A DNA stretch of 64,000 nt from assembly GCF_018977255.1 (NCBI RefSeq), contig NW_024704742.1:37326001-37390000 (forward strand), read 5' to 3'. The position numbers were made by a program, and so were the translations under genes. This stretch comes from Callorhinchus milii. Lineage: Eukaryota. Shown here in pieces: positions 46,486 through 59,850 of this stretch (position 1 is its first letter; every line of letters begins with the position of its first letter). The notes under the pieces were generated by a model. It did no database searches. It saw only the letters and a program-made list of their open reading frames with translations, and was not told the origin of the DNA.

Positions 46486-47520
46486 TATTAATTATTATTA
46501 TTAAGAGAGGCAGCTAACCTGCTCCAATATCTGACAACACATCACTGGGCGAACCACTCAACATGCACTGGAGTAGTCCAAGATTGACGTTCATTCTGAT
46601 TCTTCTCTTCAGGAGTGTAATCTGCCAAGAAAATTTAGACTCTTGAATACGATCTATTACCTTAAAATAAATAAAACACAAAAATACAGCAGATGCTGGA
46701 ATCCGAAACTTTAAAATAAACAGTTTTCACTTATTTTCTCCTTTTAAAAAAAAGTTACACTTTTTTTTAAGAAACATCAATGTTTAAATTGTACCAAATA
46801 AAGAAAATTTTACTAAAAAAATAAAATTGCACTATATAAATAAAATTGTCTTCATAAATTGTATGAAGTATAGACATTGAACAATGTTGTGATTTGCAAC
46901 ATTTCATTATATAGAGCCTCCACCTTGCATTTGATATTTTTAAATGAGCTCCAATCACCTCCAATCAGTCAGTATTTATGATGAAAAAGGTTCACAATAC
47001 AAGAAAACATTCACATAAAAATAATAATAATTTGATACAGTGTCAAGACGATGTCTCAAAGCCCTTCACAGAATTCAATTTAGTGGCTATATTTATGTAG
47101 GTGAACACGGCAGCTAAATTTTTGCAGAGCACTGTACGTGTTTACATTGAGGCCAAGTAATGTGTTAAAAGCTTTATGGGTTCTGATAATAAAACTTTCA
47201 AAACTTTTGCCTTCTTTTAATATCTGGCCGAGGCTAGTATAAAATTAACAAACCTGTACTAAGTTCAGCACCTATTGAATTTCAACTAATTTGTGAGGTA
47301 TCCAGTCAATTCAACACACAGTAAACTGTTTCACAACTTCAGCAATAATTGTAACAGCCACTTGGAATCACGGGGTGGAATGCCCTACATTAAGAACATT
47401 GCCAGCAACCAAATTAAAACATTTGCAAATTTTAGCATATGACACCAGTGACCTTAATTCTAATGGGAACTGTAATTTTGTTCCCCTCCACCATCCCTCT
47501 CCCACCCAATGCTCAACATT

Positions 47521-47850
47521 TAATAATAATAATAATAATCCTTGCATTTGATATAGCGCTTTTCACGTCGGGAGGACGTCCCATAGCGCTTCACAGAACA
47601 CACTGTGAAGTGAATTGACTGTATATTTGTGGGCGAACGCGGCAGCCAATTGCACACAGCAATGTCCCACAAACAGTCCTAGATTGAAAATGACCAATTT
47701 ATTATTGTTTTTGGTTTTGGAGGGATTATTATTATTAGGCATATGGAGTAAGGAAACTTGCCCAAGGTTTCTCTCTGCCTGGAATTGAACTCAGGTCTCT
47801 CGCTTGCAAAGCGAGTGCTCTAAACACTGAGCTACAGGACTCCACGAGTC
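47521..47850 (-). mobile_element. tRNA-Ala SINE, young short variant
   Basis: Near-identical to 31245-31575, including the 5' leader GACTCGTGGA. Confidence 0.95.
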
Positions 47851-48429
47851 CAGAAGGAACTCAATAGTATCAGAGTAAATTGAACTTGTGTCACCCACTG
47901 CAATAGCATTGGTTGGCGCAGTAATGCATGGTGCCACTATGCCACTCTTCAAACCCCGTTGTTAATTATTACTAGAGTATGATCACTAATCTTTTTTAAA
48001 GAAAAGGTTAAGAATTGGTAGAGTTTTATGTTTTGAAATATCAACTATTCTACCACCATAAAATGTTATGATGGATGTAAAAAAAAATTAAATAATAAAA
48101 TTAAAAAGGATATCAGATGTGTCAACTGCATGCATTATGAAATAAAATATATACACTTTGTGTGAAAATAATGTTACTCTTATTTTTATTTCCTTTCAAT
48201 TTCTTCTCCTTTCAAACGCTCTGGGTCACTGTCTGGCGTGAAGGCCGCTATAAAAATGTAAATCATTGTTTTTTTGTAAAGGTTTTTCGTAATGCATAAG
48301 GAGTTATTCTGCCAATGTCAATGAAAACCAAGAAAGGTCATTGTGAGGCAAAGTTTGGCACAAACATTGTGTGCTACAATGTTTCTGATAAAGTTGCCAC
48401 CAATGATAGATAAATCACTGGAATTTAAT

Positions 48430-48890
48430 GTTCCACAAACAGTCATGAAGTGAGTAACCAATTTAGTTGAGAGAAGATTGTTGGCCAGGACACCAGTAGA
48501 AACTCCCTTCTCTTTTTCAATAGTGGCGTGGAATCTTTAACATCCACCTGAACAGGCAGACAACACCTCGGTTTAACATCTCATCTGAACGATGGCAATT
48601 CCAGTGTCAGCCTAGATTTGTGAGTTCATTGTCTCAACATGGGGCTTGAATCCACAACCTTCTGACTCTTTTGTATAGGGCCTTTCACGTCAGGAGAACG
48701 TTCCAAGGCGCTGGACAGTCAATAATTTGGACTCGAGCTGGGTATCAGGATCAGGGATCGGGGAGGGTGGATGGCAGGGAGGGTAGGAGGGTGGCCGAAG
48801 AGGAGGGTTTTGAGACGCGTCTTGAAGGAGGCGAGGGAAGGAGTAAGGCAAAGTGAATGTGGGATGGAGTTCCAAAGGGTGAGGGCAGAG
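48430..48890 (-). mobile_element. Deu-domain SINE (48430-48668) abutting an L2 3' end (48670-48890)
   Basis: tttaacatccacctgaacaggcaga...ggtttaacatctcatctgaa, followed by an L2 tail and LWNSIP...FKTRLKTLLF. Confidence 0.8.
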
Positions 48891-50219
48891 GACTCAGAGG
48901 CAAGAGAGCTACCAACTAAATCAAGCTGGCACCACACAATGATTTCCCTACTCATTAATGGGGGAGGAGAAACCCTGAGTCACTCCATTGAGTTCCGTAC
49001 AATTTTCACAATAAAAGTTTATTTCATTTTTGTAATTGTTTTTGCACTTATTTACAGAAAAGTAGATTTTTAAAAATAATTATAAATATGAAATTCATTT
49101 GCTGTTTTCCCAATGTGCTCGCCTTTCTTTCCACCTCCCTTAAAAGCAGTAAACTCATAAGACAGATTAGTTAACTCAGCAACCAAACCAAGAATCAAAC
49201 CTGGGACCCAGTGATGTCTTGGAAGCATAACGTATAATGCATTAAATATTATGTGTAATTTTATCAGTTTTAATTTTCTCTTTTTAAGAACTTCAGAACA
49301 GAAAAGCGACCTTCAAATTAGACTGAATTCCGAAGTTCACCTTGATATTAAAGGCTAAGAAAGACCATGAAGGATTTCATAATTATAAATTATGGAGAGC
49401 TGGAGAGCTCATGTTCATCTAAACTAGTGAACCATGGTGTGAAATACATGAGATAGCCATAAAGCCGGTTGCAGAATATCGCATTCTGGGAAATTCAAGT
49501 TAAGGCTGCTGCAATGATCCAGAGCATGTTATTTTGAGTTTTAAAATAGTCCATCAAGCAAGTGTATCAGCTAAATGGATTGACCTCACATCTTACTTTG
49601 TGAAATTACTTTTTGCCATAACACAAATAAGTTAATGTATTCTACTTTCTCCATCTGCCACAATGCATCTCTTGTGTGGGGCTCAAGGGAGATAGGGAAT
49701 AGAAACAGCTGTAAAACAGACCACCCAAGCACAGTCAACCTAAGTTTATAAATCTTAAACAGCCTTACCTGTCACAACCACAATCCCTATCCAACAGTCC
49801 ACTGAGTGCAGAATTAAGAAAAGGTAATAAATTGTTATTTTGAATTTGTAAATGGTCTCAGTATTTGTGAGGCTATTTCCTCTGAAAACGCTTAGGAATT
49901 CTATTGATGCAACGCAAAATTATGCAGAGAATCAATTAATAAATATTTGCTGAGTTATCTAATCTTAGCCAAGATGTCAATAAAAGTACAATCGATCTTG
50001 ATGCTCCTGTGTTAAATGGGGAAGATTGAAGAGATGAAAAAGTTTTTCAATCTTGCTCACTATTGATTAAACCCTCCTGGAAAATGTACATGATGTGTGG
50101 GCATTGGATGAGAACAGGATTGGCAAAGTTGGCATGTATTTCCCATGGTCAATTAGTTTGAAGGAACTCGTTGTCTAAATTCATCCATGAAAAATTGTCA
50201 CTTTGATATATCCGAAAAC

Positions 50220-51537
50220 CCACAGCACGGAAACAGTCCTGGTCAAAGTCACTAATGAGATTCTGAACATCTGTGATCAGGGCTCCCTCTGCCTCCTTGT
50301 CCTCCTCGACCTCTCTGCCACCTTCGACACTGTCGACCACTTCATCCTCAAACACCTCTCCGCTTTATTCAATCTTCACGGACCTGCCCTTGCCTGGTTC
50401 GATTCATATCTCTATCACCGTCTCCACTTTGTTGCCTCTAACGGTTTCTCTTCCAGCCCCTGCACTGTCATGTCTGGCATCCCCCAGGGCTCTGTCCTTG
50501 GCCCTCTCCTCTTTAATATCTACATGCTCCCCCTTGGTGACATCATCCGCAGACATGGGGTCAACTTCCATATGTATGCGGATGACACCCAACTCTACCT
50601 TTCTGCCTCCACCCTCAACTCCAGGACCACTGCTGTCCTGACAGACTGTCTGTCGGACATCAAGTCCTGGATGAGGGCAAATTTCCTACAGTTGAATGTG
50701 AACAAGACTGAGGCCCTCCTGATTGGCTCACGCCAGCGCCTCAGCACCTCAGGCTCTGGCAGCATCAACCTCCATGGTTGCACACTTCAACTCACCAGCC
50801 AGTCAGGAACCTGGATGTCTTGTTCGACCCTCAACTGCCTTTTCTCCCCCACATTCCAGCCATGACCCGCTCTGCCTTCCCTCACCTCCGTAACATCGCC
50901 CGACTCCACCACTACCTCACTCCTCAGACCGGTGAAACTCTTCTTCAAGCCTTCATCACCTCCAGGCTTGATTACGCAAAGCCCTGCTTGTTGGCCTTCC
51001 CAACTCCTCCCTCCACGGGCTGCAGATAATCCAGAACACTGCAGCCCATCTCCTCTCCCGCACCAAACTCCGTGACCCCATCTCCCCCACTCTCGACCGA
51101 CTCCACTGGCTCCCTATCCTTCAGAGGATCCAGTTCAAGATCCTGGTCCTCACCTACAAAGCCCTCATGGCCTCGCCCCACCTTACCTCTGCGACCTCCT
51201 AACACCCTACCAACCCGCCCGCTCCCTCCACTCAGCCGGCTCTGGCCTGCTCCACATCCCCCGACCCACCCGCCCCACCATTGGCGGGAGAGCCTTCAAC
51301 CACTCTGCTCCCAACCTCTGGAATTCCATCCCCCAGTCACTCCGCCTCGCCCCCTCCTTAGCCTCCTTCAAGTCCCACTTCAAGACCCACTTCTTCAACC
51401 ATCCCATTGGCCACCCCCTTCCCCTCCCCCCCGCACCCCCCGACCCCAGCTCGGGTCTGAAATGTGCTTTGTCCAGCGCCTTGAGACTTCCTCCCGACGT
51501 GAAAGGCACTATACAAATTTAATCTTGCTGTTGTTGT
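50220..51537 (+). mobile_element. L2 LINE (RT to 3' tail), same subfamily as 17845
   Basis: HSTETVL...LDLSATFDTVDH...PQGSVLGP...YADD; frameshifted downstream. Confidence 0.95.
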
Positions 51538-53469
51538 ATATGACCCACACCTGCAGGTGAGGAGAGGATTCAAAGTGACTCATAAAGAAGCACGATTCCC
51601 CGAATGTTAGCACCTTTGCTGTACACTTGGCAATATTTCTAGATAAAATTGTATTGGCAGCATTCTGCAAAAAGCCAGTAGATTTTTTTAAAAAAGAAAT
51701 CATTTTGAGACATTTTCACTTGCACAAACAACACCCTCCTTTGTTTTTGCTCAATGATCCCTCTAACTGGAACTCAAAGGTCATAAGCTGCGAGTTCAGT
51801 TCTACAGGGATTTAACTACCGAGAATAATGTCAGAGAGACAGTCCACCTCCTACATCTGTATTTGATGGATAAAACATTGATTGTACTGCTAAATGGATG
51901 CAGTTAATATTACAGACATAGAACTGTAAAATTTTACAGGACTAAACTGTGCTAGCTCTTAGAAAACATGTAGTCCCATTCATTTGCCTTTTCCCTGTAC
52001 ACTTTTATATTTCGCCTTTTCAGATATTGTGCTGGACTTCTTAATTTCTAAGACAGATAACATCCGCCTGGCTGCCTCCTCCTCCCATGTTGTCTAGCAC
52101 CCCACCCCCACACACAAAACTCCATACCCCATCGCACCAGTCATTGCCACTGGCTCCCAATTGCCGATCAGGACTGCCTCCGGTTTGTCCCTCGTCCCCT
52201 CCTCTCTGCCTTCAGCCACAAAGCCCCGAAACTCTGGAACTGTCCTTCCGCCTTGCCCCCTCAATCCCCACTTTTAAATCCCACCTAAAAACCTTCCTTT
52301 TTGATCATGCTTACGGTCACCTCCCCCCTCCCTCTCCCCCTGTCTCAGTATCAGACTCCGCCACTGCCAAGCACTACAGAAACCTAACCTGCGTGAAGGG
52401 CGCTATATAAATACAAATTGTTAGAATGTCAGAAGATGAGGGATCAACTCAGGAGAATTGATTTTTGTATGAACAGGATGAGCATTTGCAAATCGTTTCT
52501 TTAGGATTACATGGATGCAATGCACACGTCACGATAAGATTAAAAGAACACTTCAACAACAACAACAAAAATACTTTTGCAAAGCACCTTTCACGTCGGG
52601 AGGACATCCCAGTTTATAAACGCAAACCATAAAACAATTTGTTCAGTTCTGTTACCAACCAAAGGAGCTCTGGGATTCTTGTCATGTAACAAAACATGTA
52701 ATCACAAGAGAATCTTTCTATTCTACTTTGCATTGGAAAGATGGGAAAAGTTCAAAATGAAAGACACCTAGAGAGACAGCTTTATTATGAAAGGGATGTG
52801 ACTTCTGGAACCTTTTAGTAGTCACTCTGAAGGTTAGTTTTTTCTGTATAATATTGTTTTTTGCTGTTCAACCATTATAAATTGTGTCTTGTGGTAGAAT
52901 TGGCTGTAAACCATTGCAATATTATTACTTTGCAACAACCTACTGGTTTGTGCTATAATATCTGTCTGATGGAACATTTTGTGGTGTATAGGGAGTACAT
53001 GTACTTCCAAGAAGAGACTGATTCATTGTTCACCTGCATTGAAACCCATTGGTGAAGTCAGAGTGCGGATACACAACAGCAGACAAACTTAAGGACTGAA
53101 AAAGTCTGATTATAGTTTCCCACTGGGAGACTGGCAAGGAAAACTAGTATTCTTAAAAAGAACCAAAAGATAAAAATGAGTCTAGGCAGGGTTGTGAGTG
53201 GGTTATCTGGCAATGCAGAATATCACAGCTCTCAATCCTGTTCTCACATTACACATTTCCATTTGGACGAGTAGGAAACATGTCGGGGGGGGAAAAAGGA
53301 TTTCACAAGTTAGTGATGAGTGAAACTATGGCTGATTACCAATTGATTCACAATTTGAATGTCCCACAAACATCCTTTAAGTGAATGATCATTTTTTTAT
53401 CTGGAAAATTCTTGGCCAAGACACCAGGAGAAACTCCTCTTTTTCAATAATGCCATGTGTCATCCTGGC

Positions 53470-53960
53470 ACAGTGCCAGCAATCTCACTTCTGAAGGATG
53501 TAGGTTTAAGCCCCAAATCAGGACTTGGAATCACATAGTCTAAGATGACAGTCCAATGCTGTGCTGGGGGTCTGTTGTATTGTCGGAGATGCTGTTTTTC
53601 AGATGAGACATTGAACCCAGGTCCCATCTACCTGTTCAGGTGGATGTTAAAGATCACATTGCACTATTCAAAAAGAGAAGGAAGTTTATTTTTGCCCATA
53701 AAAATACAGTCAATTCACTTTATAGTATATTCTGTGAAGCGCTTTGAGACGTCTCGAAAACATGATACAGCGCTATATCAAATGCAAGGATTATTATATT
53801 ATTATACTTTCCTGGTGTCCTGGCCAAAATCCCCCAAATAAAATTGGACATTAACTCCATGGCTATTTGTGAGACTGGCTGACACATTTCCCTGACAAAA
53901 TACAATAAATCCACTTTACAGTATATACCTGTGAAGTGATTTTAGACTGGCCTAGAATGT
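53470..53960 (+). mobile_element. Deu-domain SINE with a second SINE tail nested at ~53690-53805
   Basis: tgtcggagatgctgtttttcagatgagac...caggtggatgttaaagatcac; resumes with ggtgtcctggccaa after the inserted tail. Confidence 0.75.
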
Positions 53961-54954
53961 GAGCTTAAAGTCCCAGTGTGGGGCTTGGACTGTGAAAAAG
54001 ATCAGATTTGAAAGCCTATGAATTGTATAACATAACTGCAGTTAGCTAAAGTAATACAAATTGCATGAATATAATTTGTGTTATAAAACCACTTCATAGG
54101 CATACAACTATAAAAGTAGTTGGGATGTGATTGATTTTAGATTCATGCTCATTCAGAAGCACTCAGCGTGAAGCAGCCAGTGTTTTCATTAAAGGATNGG
54201 GGGAGGGAGGTTGGAATGTTTCTACAAACTCCTGTACCTCATTCAAGTGGTGCATTCTTCAAATGTGAGTCTAAAGCTCCAAGATAAATGAGGCCGTTTT
54301 CCTAAACTGTACAGCATTATTTAACAACCCGATAAAATAGAGATCTATTTCACTCTCTGATTTAGCAGCAGAGAATAAACATGCAGTGCCTTGACTGCAT
54401 TCCGGTGCCACGTACACTTTACAAATGTTGGGCAATGTGTTTTAATTGTAGATTTATTGACATAGAATCATGAGCAGACAAACCATGCTGGATGCTTACA
54501 GCATTTTATCTCATTGGTGCAAGAATCACATCAACAAACAAACAGAACAAAGGGGCACAAATACTTTCTCTTAAGATATTCTTCACAATGTCTTAATTCA
54601 GCTGTCATTTGAAATGACTTTCTGATGGAGCCGCTATTGGCTTATTCACAGAATAATCCATCAAAGTATGATCAAGTAAAACAAAATGAAATGGTATCAA
54701 TTTCACTGGTTTTCAGTTATTCGTAATATATTTCAGATTTAAAATAACCAAACTCTGTAAGTTAGCTGTGAGGTATCGTGGGAATAGCAGCCATTATTTT
54801 GTTATCATAATATACGTGTGTATGTGTTGGCAAGACTGCCCAAGGTCTTCTGACTGAACAGAGCTAGGAGATTTGTAAAGGTAGGGTTTCACATGGTCAG
54901 TGAAAAGAGCACAGCTGTGAGAATGTATATATAGGAAGCCAGAGTGTATCACAC

Positions 54955-55869
54955 AGAGGATACAGTTCAAGATCCTGGTCCTCACCTTCAAAGCCCTCCA
55001 TGGTTTTGCTTCCCCCTACCTCTCCGACCTCCTAAACCCCTACCCCCTGTTCGCTCCCTCCACTCAGCGGGCTCCAGCCTGCTTCACGTCCCCCGCCTTG
55101 CTCACCCCACTATCGGCAGGCGGGCCTTCCGCCACTCTGCCCCCACTCTCTGGAACTCCATCCCGCAGTCCCTCCGTCTCACTCCCTCCCTCACCATCTT
55201 CAAGACCCACCTCAAAGCCCTCCTCTTCAAACGTGATTTCAAGATCCTCATCCTCACCTACAAGGCCATTCACGGCCTTGCTCCCTCCTACCTCTCCAAC
55301 CTACTATCCCCCTACCTACCTGCCCGTACCCTCCGTTCCTCTGGCTCCGGTCTGCTCCACGTCCCCCGCCCCAACCGCCCTACTATCGGTGGTCGGGCCT
55401 TCAGCCTCTCAGCCCCGAGGCTCTGGAACTCCATCCCCCAGTGCCTTCGCCTTGCTTCCTCCCTTTCCTCCTTCAAGGCCGGTCTCAAAACCTTTCTCTT
55501 TGACCGTGCCTTCAGCTCTCCTCTCGACTCTCTTCCTCCTCCTCGCTCCCTCCCTTCCCTCCCCTCACCCTGACCATTTCCCCCCTCCTCTCTCCCTCCC
55601 TTCCCTCCCCTCACCCTGACCATTTCCCCCCTGCTCGGGTCATGACCCAACTGTGCAGCGCCTTGGGACGTCCTCCTGACGTGAAAGGCGCTCTATAAAT
55701 GGAATCTTGTTGTTGTTGTTGTTGTTGTTGTGCTTTTGATCTCCCTGCTTCTCTCCCTGCCCTCCCCCACCCCGACCCTCAGCTTGAGTCTGTAACTCTG
55801 TCTGTCCAGCGCCTTGGGACGTCCTCCCGACGTGAAAGGCGCTCTACAAATGTAATTTTGTTGTTGTTG
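54955..55869 (+). mobile_element. L2 3' fragment with a younger L2 3' fragment nested at ~55235-55730
   Basis: Outer element reads ctcttcaaacgtg|cttttgatc across the inner copy; two complete tails. Confidence 0.9.
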
Positions 55870-56659
55870 TATGTATAGGAAGGCAGAGTGTATGTATAGG
55901 AAGGCAGAGTGACAGCAAAGACAGATACAGAGAGAACAGAAAATAATAAAAAGAGATAAGGAGAAACAAACAAGAAAATAAAGAACAAAAGTAAGAGAGA
56001 TGGAGTAACAGAAATGTCGTAAAATTAAGAAAATAAGATGGAGATTTTTAAAAGAAACAGTGACCAATAAACATAAATCAATTTAAGGAGAGAAGAAAGA
56101 ATGGGAATTGGAGGAATTACTGCATTAATTTATGTCACTAATCCTATTCATTCTAATTCTAAAATTAGGTGATAAATGAATGTATTTATCCACTAATCGT
56201 TCAGCGACAAGTTTGAGATGTTCAGTCAGCGGAGTACTGAATCCTAGAATTAAAGTAAAACCTCTTTTAAAAAATGGACCAAACAAAGGCAGCATTGATT
56301 TCTTTCTGCATAACAAACCCGCTAAGTGTCCTGTTGATTTGATTCAGATAAATTGCACTGATAAATGTTGCACTCATTTTACTGGTGTTTACCTTGTTCC
56401 GCTGTCTTATTGATAATTGTGCTTGTGTAGGATATTGAAACAATAAGGGAGATAGCAGCTATTTACATATAATATTCCATCAATCATAGGTACTGTATAG
56501 GTTGAGGTTTGTAGCGCCATTGATGTAACACTGCATAAACATTACTGAAATTCATCAGGACTACAGTTCCACCGGGCTGAACTTAGCTGCTTTATAGTCA
56601 CATATGCACACACATACACAAAGCTCACTTTGGGTCTCATGGCCCAATGTTTTCTTTTC

Positions 56660-56930
56660 ATCCCTGCATTTGATGTATTTTATCACATCGAAATATCTCA
56701 AAGCATTTCACAGAGTCAAGCAACAGCCATGAAATAAATGAACATTTTATTCATCTGGAGGATTACTGGGCAGGACACTGGGAGAAACCCATTCTCTTTT
56801 CGAATAATGTCACTGGGTCTTTAACATCCACCTGAATATGCAGACAACACCTTGGTTTAACATCACATCTGAAGGACAGTTCCTCCAACGCTGCTTTGAA
56901 CTGTCAGCCTGGACGATGAGCCCTCAACCA
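56660..56930 (-). mobile_element. Deu-domain SINE
   Basis: caggacactgggagaaac...tttaacatccacctgaa...ggtttaacatcacatctgaagg. Confidence 0.7.
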
Positions 56931-57529
56931 GGCCATCAAAAACTTTAATGGTTCCCATTAATACAACAGATAATGACCTTTAATAACAGTAGTTACACCA
57001 GCAGACAGTCTGATGTATTTTAGTAGACAATTCTAGGAGTTTGAAGTTTTTTTAAAAAGCAACAAAACAAACAAAGCTTCAATGCTTCAAGCCTTTGGAA
57101 TATCCCTTATATATATTCAAAGACTCAAAAAACGGTGCCAAACTGAAGGCACCAGGGGACACATTCTAGCCTCCGCCGCTCTTTCCTCTGGAGTCATGTT
57201 GTTTGCTTGTGACAAATGTAAACCAGAAAACAGCTGGATAGTACTTGGAAACAAAATGGTGCACAGTGTGAAGGCCTCTGGCCCCCACTTACAACTAGTC
57301 AAAGGCTTCAATGAATCCCACTAATATGACAGGCCGATGCCCTTTAACAACAGGTCACCAGTGATTAGGGTCAAGGAGGGGTTATTTAGCCTCAGAAGAG
57401 GTCATATGAATCTGTAGCAATTAAAAGACCATGACATTTTTGCATTTGCTCATGTAATAATTTGTTTATATTGCTGAATGGAGCTGGATCGCTTTTTTTT
57501 AAAGAAAACAAGCAACTAGCTAAATGGTT

Positions 57530-57835
57530 CTGCGAGTAAATTTTCCACATGATGTGGTAAAAAAAAGGTCCTACATTTGATCCAATGTAGGCTTAGTGTG
57601 AGCTGATCTGAGTCAGTGCTGGGAGCAGAGTTTCCACTCATGATCACCATCCAGCTGACTCTGCTATAATATATGTGTGGATGAGGGAGGGGAAGGGCTT
57701 ATTGGGTCAGCTAGGATGATATATTTCACAACTAAATACCCTGCTGACACATTGTCCAGACTCGTACTGAAAGAATGACCCCACATGAGCATGGTACATG
57801 ATGGCTGCCTGTCCCTGTGGAACTTTAACCTGAGA
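57530..57835 (+). mobile_element. Ancient SINE, AmnSINE2-like
   Basis: agctgatctgag...tgatcaccatccagctgactctgct...gtgtggat...ctgacac...aagaatg...gtggaac follows the order of AmnSINE2 blocks as I recall them. Confidence 0.5.
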
Positions 57836-58479
57836 TAAGTCACATTTCCGCAACTTTTTAAAAAAGAACTAGATTCCAAATTAACTCATTTTAAGGATGT
57901 TCCATGATTCTGTGCGATCTTAAATTTTAGGCTAAGAATTGGGAGAATTTCACTTCTTTGGTCTCTATGGTTCAGTTCTATTAGGCATTGCTGTTACAAT
58001 CTGAACCATTGGAAGCGTTTCTTTTTAAATTGAAACAAATGTGAGGTTATACATTTCTGAAGGAAGAGTAAGGAGAGCATGTTAGGTGGTAAAATTTTAA
58101 AAGTGGACGAACAGAGGAACATAAGGGTTAACTTACTTAAATTCTTAAAGATGAGAGGCGGGTGGAGAAACTATTAAGGAACCAAATGGAACTTGGATTT
58201 TATAAATAGAGTTATAGAATTTAAAACCAAAGAGGTAATGCTAAACTTATATGAATTATTTGTTAGACTGCAGTGGAACACCATCCTGCAGTCCCTCCAC
58301 CTCACCCCCTCACTTGCCACCACCTGTCTCAAGACCCTCCTCTTCGACCATGCTTCCGGTCACCCTCCTTCCCCCCCTGCCCTCCACCCTCCCCGATCCC
58401 GACCCCCAGCTCGGGTCTGAAACGCTGACTGTCCAGCGCCTTGGTACAATTTTCCACACAGAGTGGATAGGATATGGAA

Positions 58480-58650
58480 TGCCTCTCCCCTGATCCACAT
58501 GTATGACAGCAGAATCAGCTGGATAGGAATCATGAATGGAAACTCTGGCTCGTAACACTGGCTCAGATCAGCTCACACTAAGCCTATGTTGGATTAGACT
58601 TAAGACCTCTTTCACTATATCATGTGGTAGTAGTGCTTGAGTCAGAATCC
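58480..58650 (-). mobile_element. Inverted second copy of the AmnSINE2-like segment
   Basis: Reverse complement shares taggcttagtgtgagctgatctgag and cagagtttcca.tcatgat...atccagctga with 57545-57695. Confidence 0.7.
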
Positions 58651-59364
58651 ATGCTACTTTCCAAAGGACACTAAAACGAATAAAGTCTTATCATGTCTTC
58701 GAGACGTCTCAAAGAGCTTCGCAGAATATATCGTAAAGTAGATTGACTGTACATTTTGTGGGCCAAACGCGGCAGCCAATTGCACATAGCAGGGTCCCAC
58801 AAATAATTGTGTATCAAGTAACCAAATTATTATTGTTGTTTTTGGCCACACTTAATTTTTTTAAACAAACAGCTAGCAGCAGCTACATTATTTTTCCAAA
58901 TTTCTCAACCATTCCAAATCTACGGTAGCTTTTCTGCATCAGTAGCTGTGACTTTTGTAGGTCATTCCAAGACTATGAATTCTTTGGTTTTACACACCTT
59001 AGAACAAATAGAACTGTGCATGCTTTTAGCAGATATTCAATGATAAAATGAGAATGCTAAAAATACACTGCCTTTCAGGAGTCAAAGGGGGGTGTGAGGT
59101 ACCTGTCCATTAGCTAATAATAATAATCCTTGCATCTGATATACAACAATAACTTGCTTTTATATAGTGCCCTTCACACGGTAGCATCCCAGAGCGCTTC
59201 ACAGTGGCAGAGTCTGACAATTGTATAGCACCTTATCATGTTGTCAAGACGTCTCAGTAAAGTGAATCGAATATTTTATGGACGAAACGCAACAGCCAAT
59301 TGTGCACAGAGGTGTTCCACAACAGTCGTAGATTGAGTGACCAAATTATTATTTATAAATAAAA

Positions 59365-59850
59365 TAATAATCCTTGCATTTGATATAGCGCTTTTCACAT
59401 TTTCCAGATGTCTTAAAGTGCTTCACAGAATACACTGTAAAGTGAATTGATTGTATATTTGTGGGCGAAACATGGCAGCCGATTGCGTATAACAGTGTCC
59501 CACAAACAGTCATAGATTGAGTGACCAAATTATATATTTTTTTAAAAATTCTTGAGGATGTGGAGTAAGGAAATTTGCCCAAGATTTCGCCCTACCATGA
59601 GTCGAACCCAGGTCTCACTCTTGCAACGCGAGTGCTCTAACCACTGAGTTATAGGATCCACAAAGTATCTATTTGCTTTGAAAGGACTTTTGCCACCGGA
59701 AAAGCGATCCACCAATTGACCAGGTTCCTACTTACTGCTTGGTAAACAGAAGAGTAAGGAAACTTGCCCAACGTTTTGCCTGGGAATCGTATCCAGGTCT
59801 AATCGCTTGTGAGGCGAGTGCTCTAACCACTAAGCTGCAGGACTCCACCC
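59365..59850 (-). mobile_element. Two tandem tRNA-Ala SINEs (59365-59661 full; 59690-59848 5' half), preceded by further tail fragments from 59115
   Basis: Two gtgctctaaccact.ag heads and one full tail. Confidence 0.85.

Noticed and set aside
54198..54198. Single N base
   Set aside because: Assembly ambiguity next to a G-run; no biological inference.
18001..55650. Many Pro/Ser-rich or Gly/Glu-rich ORFs in the track
   Set aside because: They are alternative or antisense frames of C-rich L2 sequence.
56180..57330. Unique stretches with TCF-, GATA- and FOX-like words, possible conserved enhancers
   Set aside because: Short motifs are expected by chance and cannot be supported without alignments.
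9306..59850. tRNA-Ala genes
   Set aside because: Every tRNA-like head runs directly into SINE body and tail sequence; these are SINE copies.
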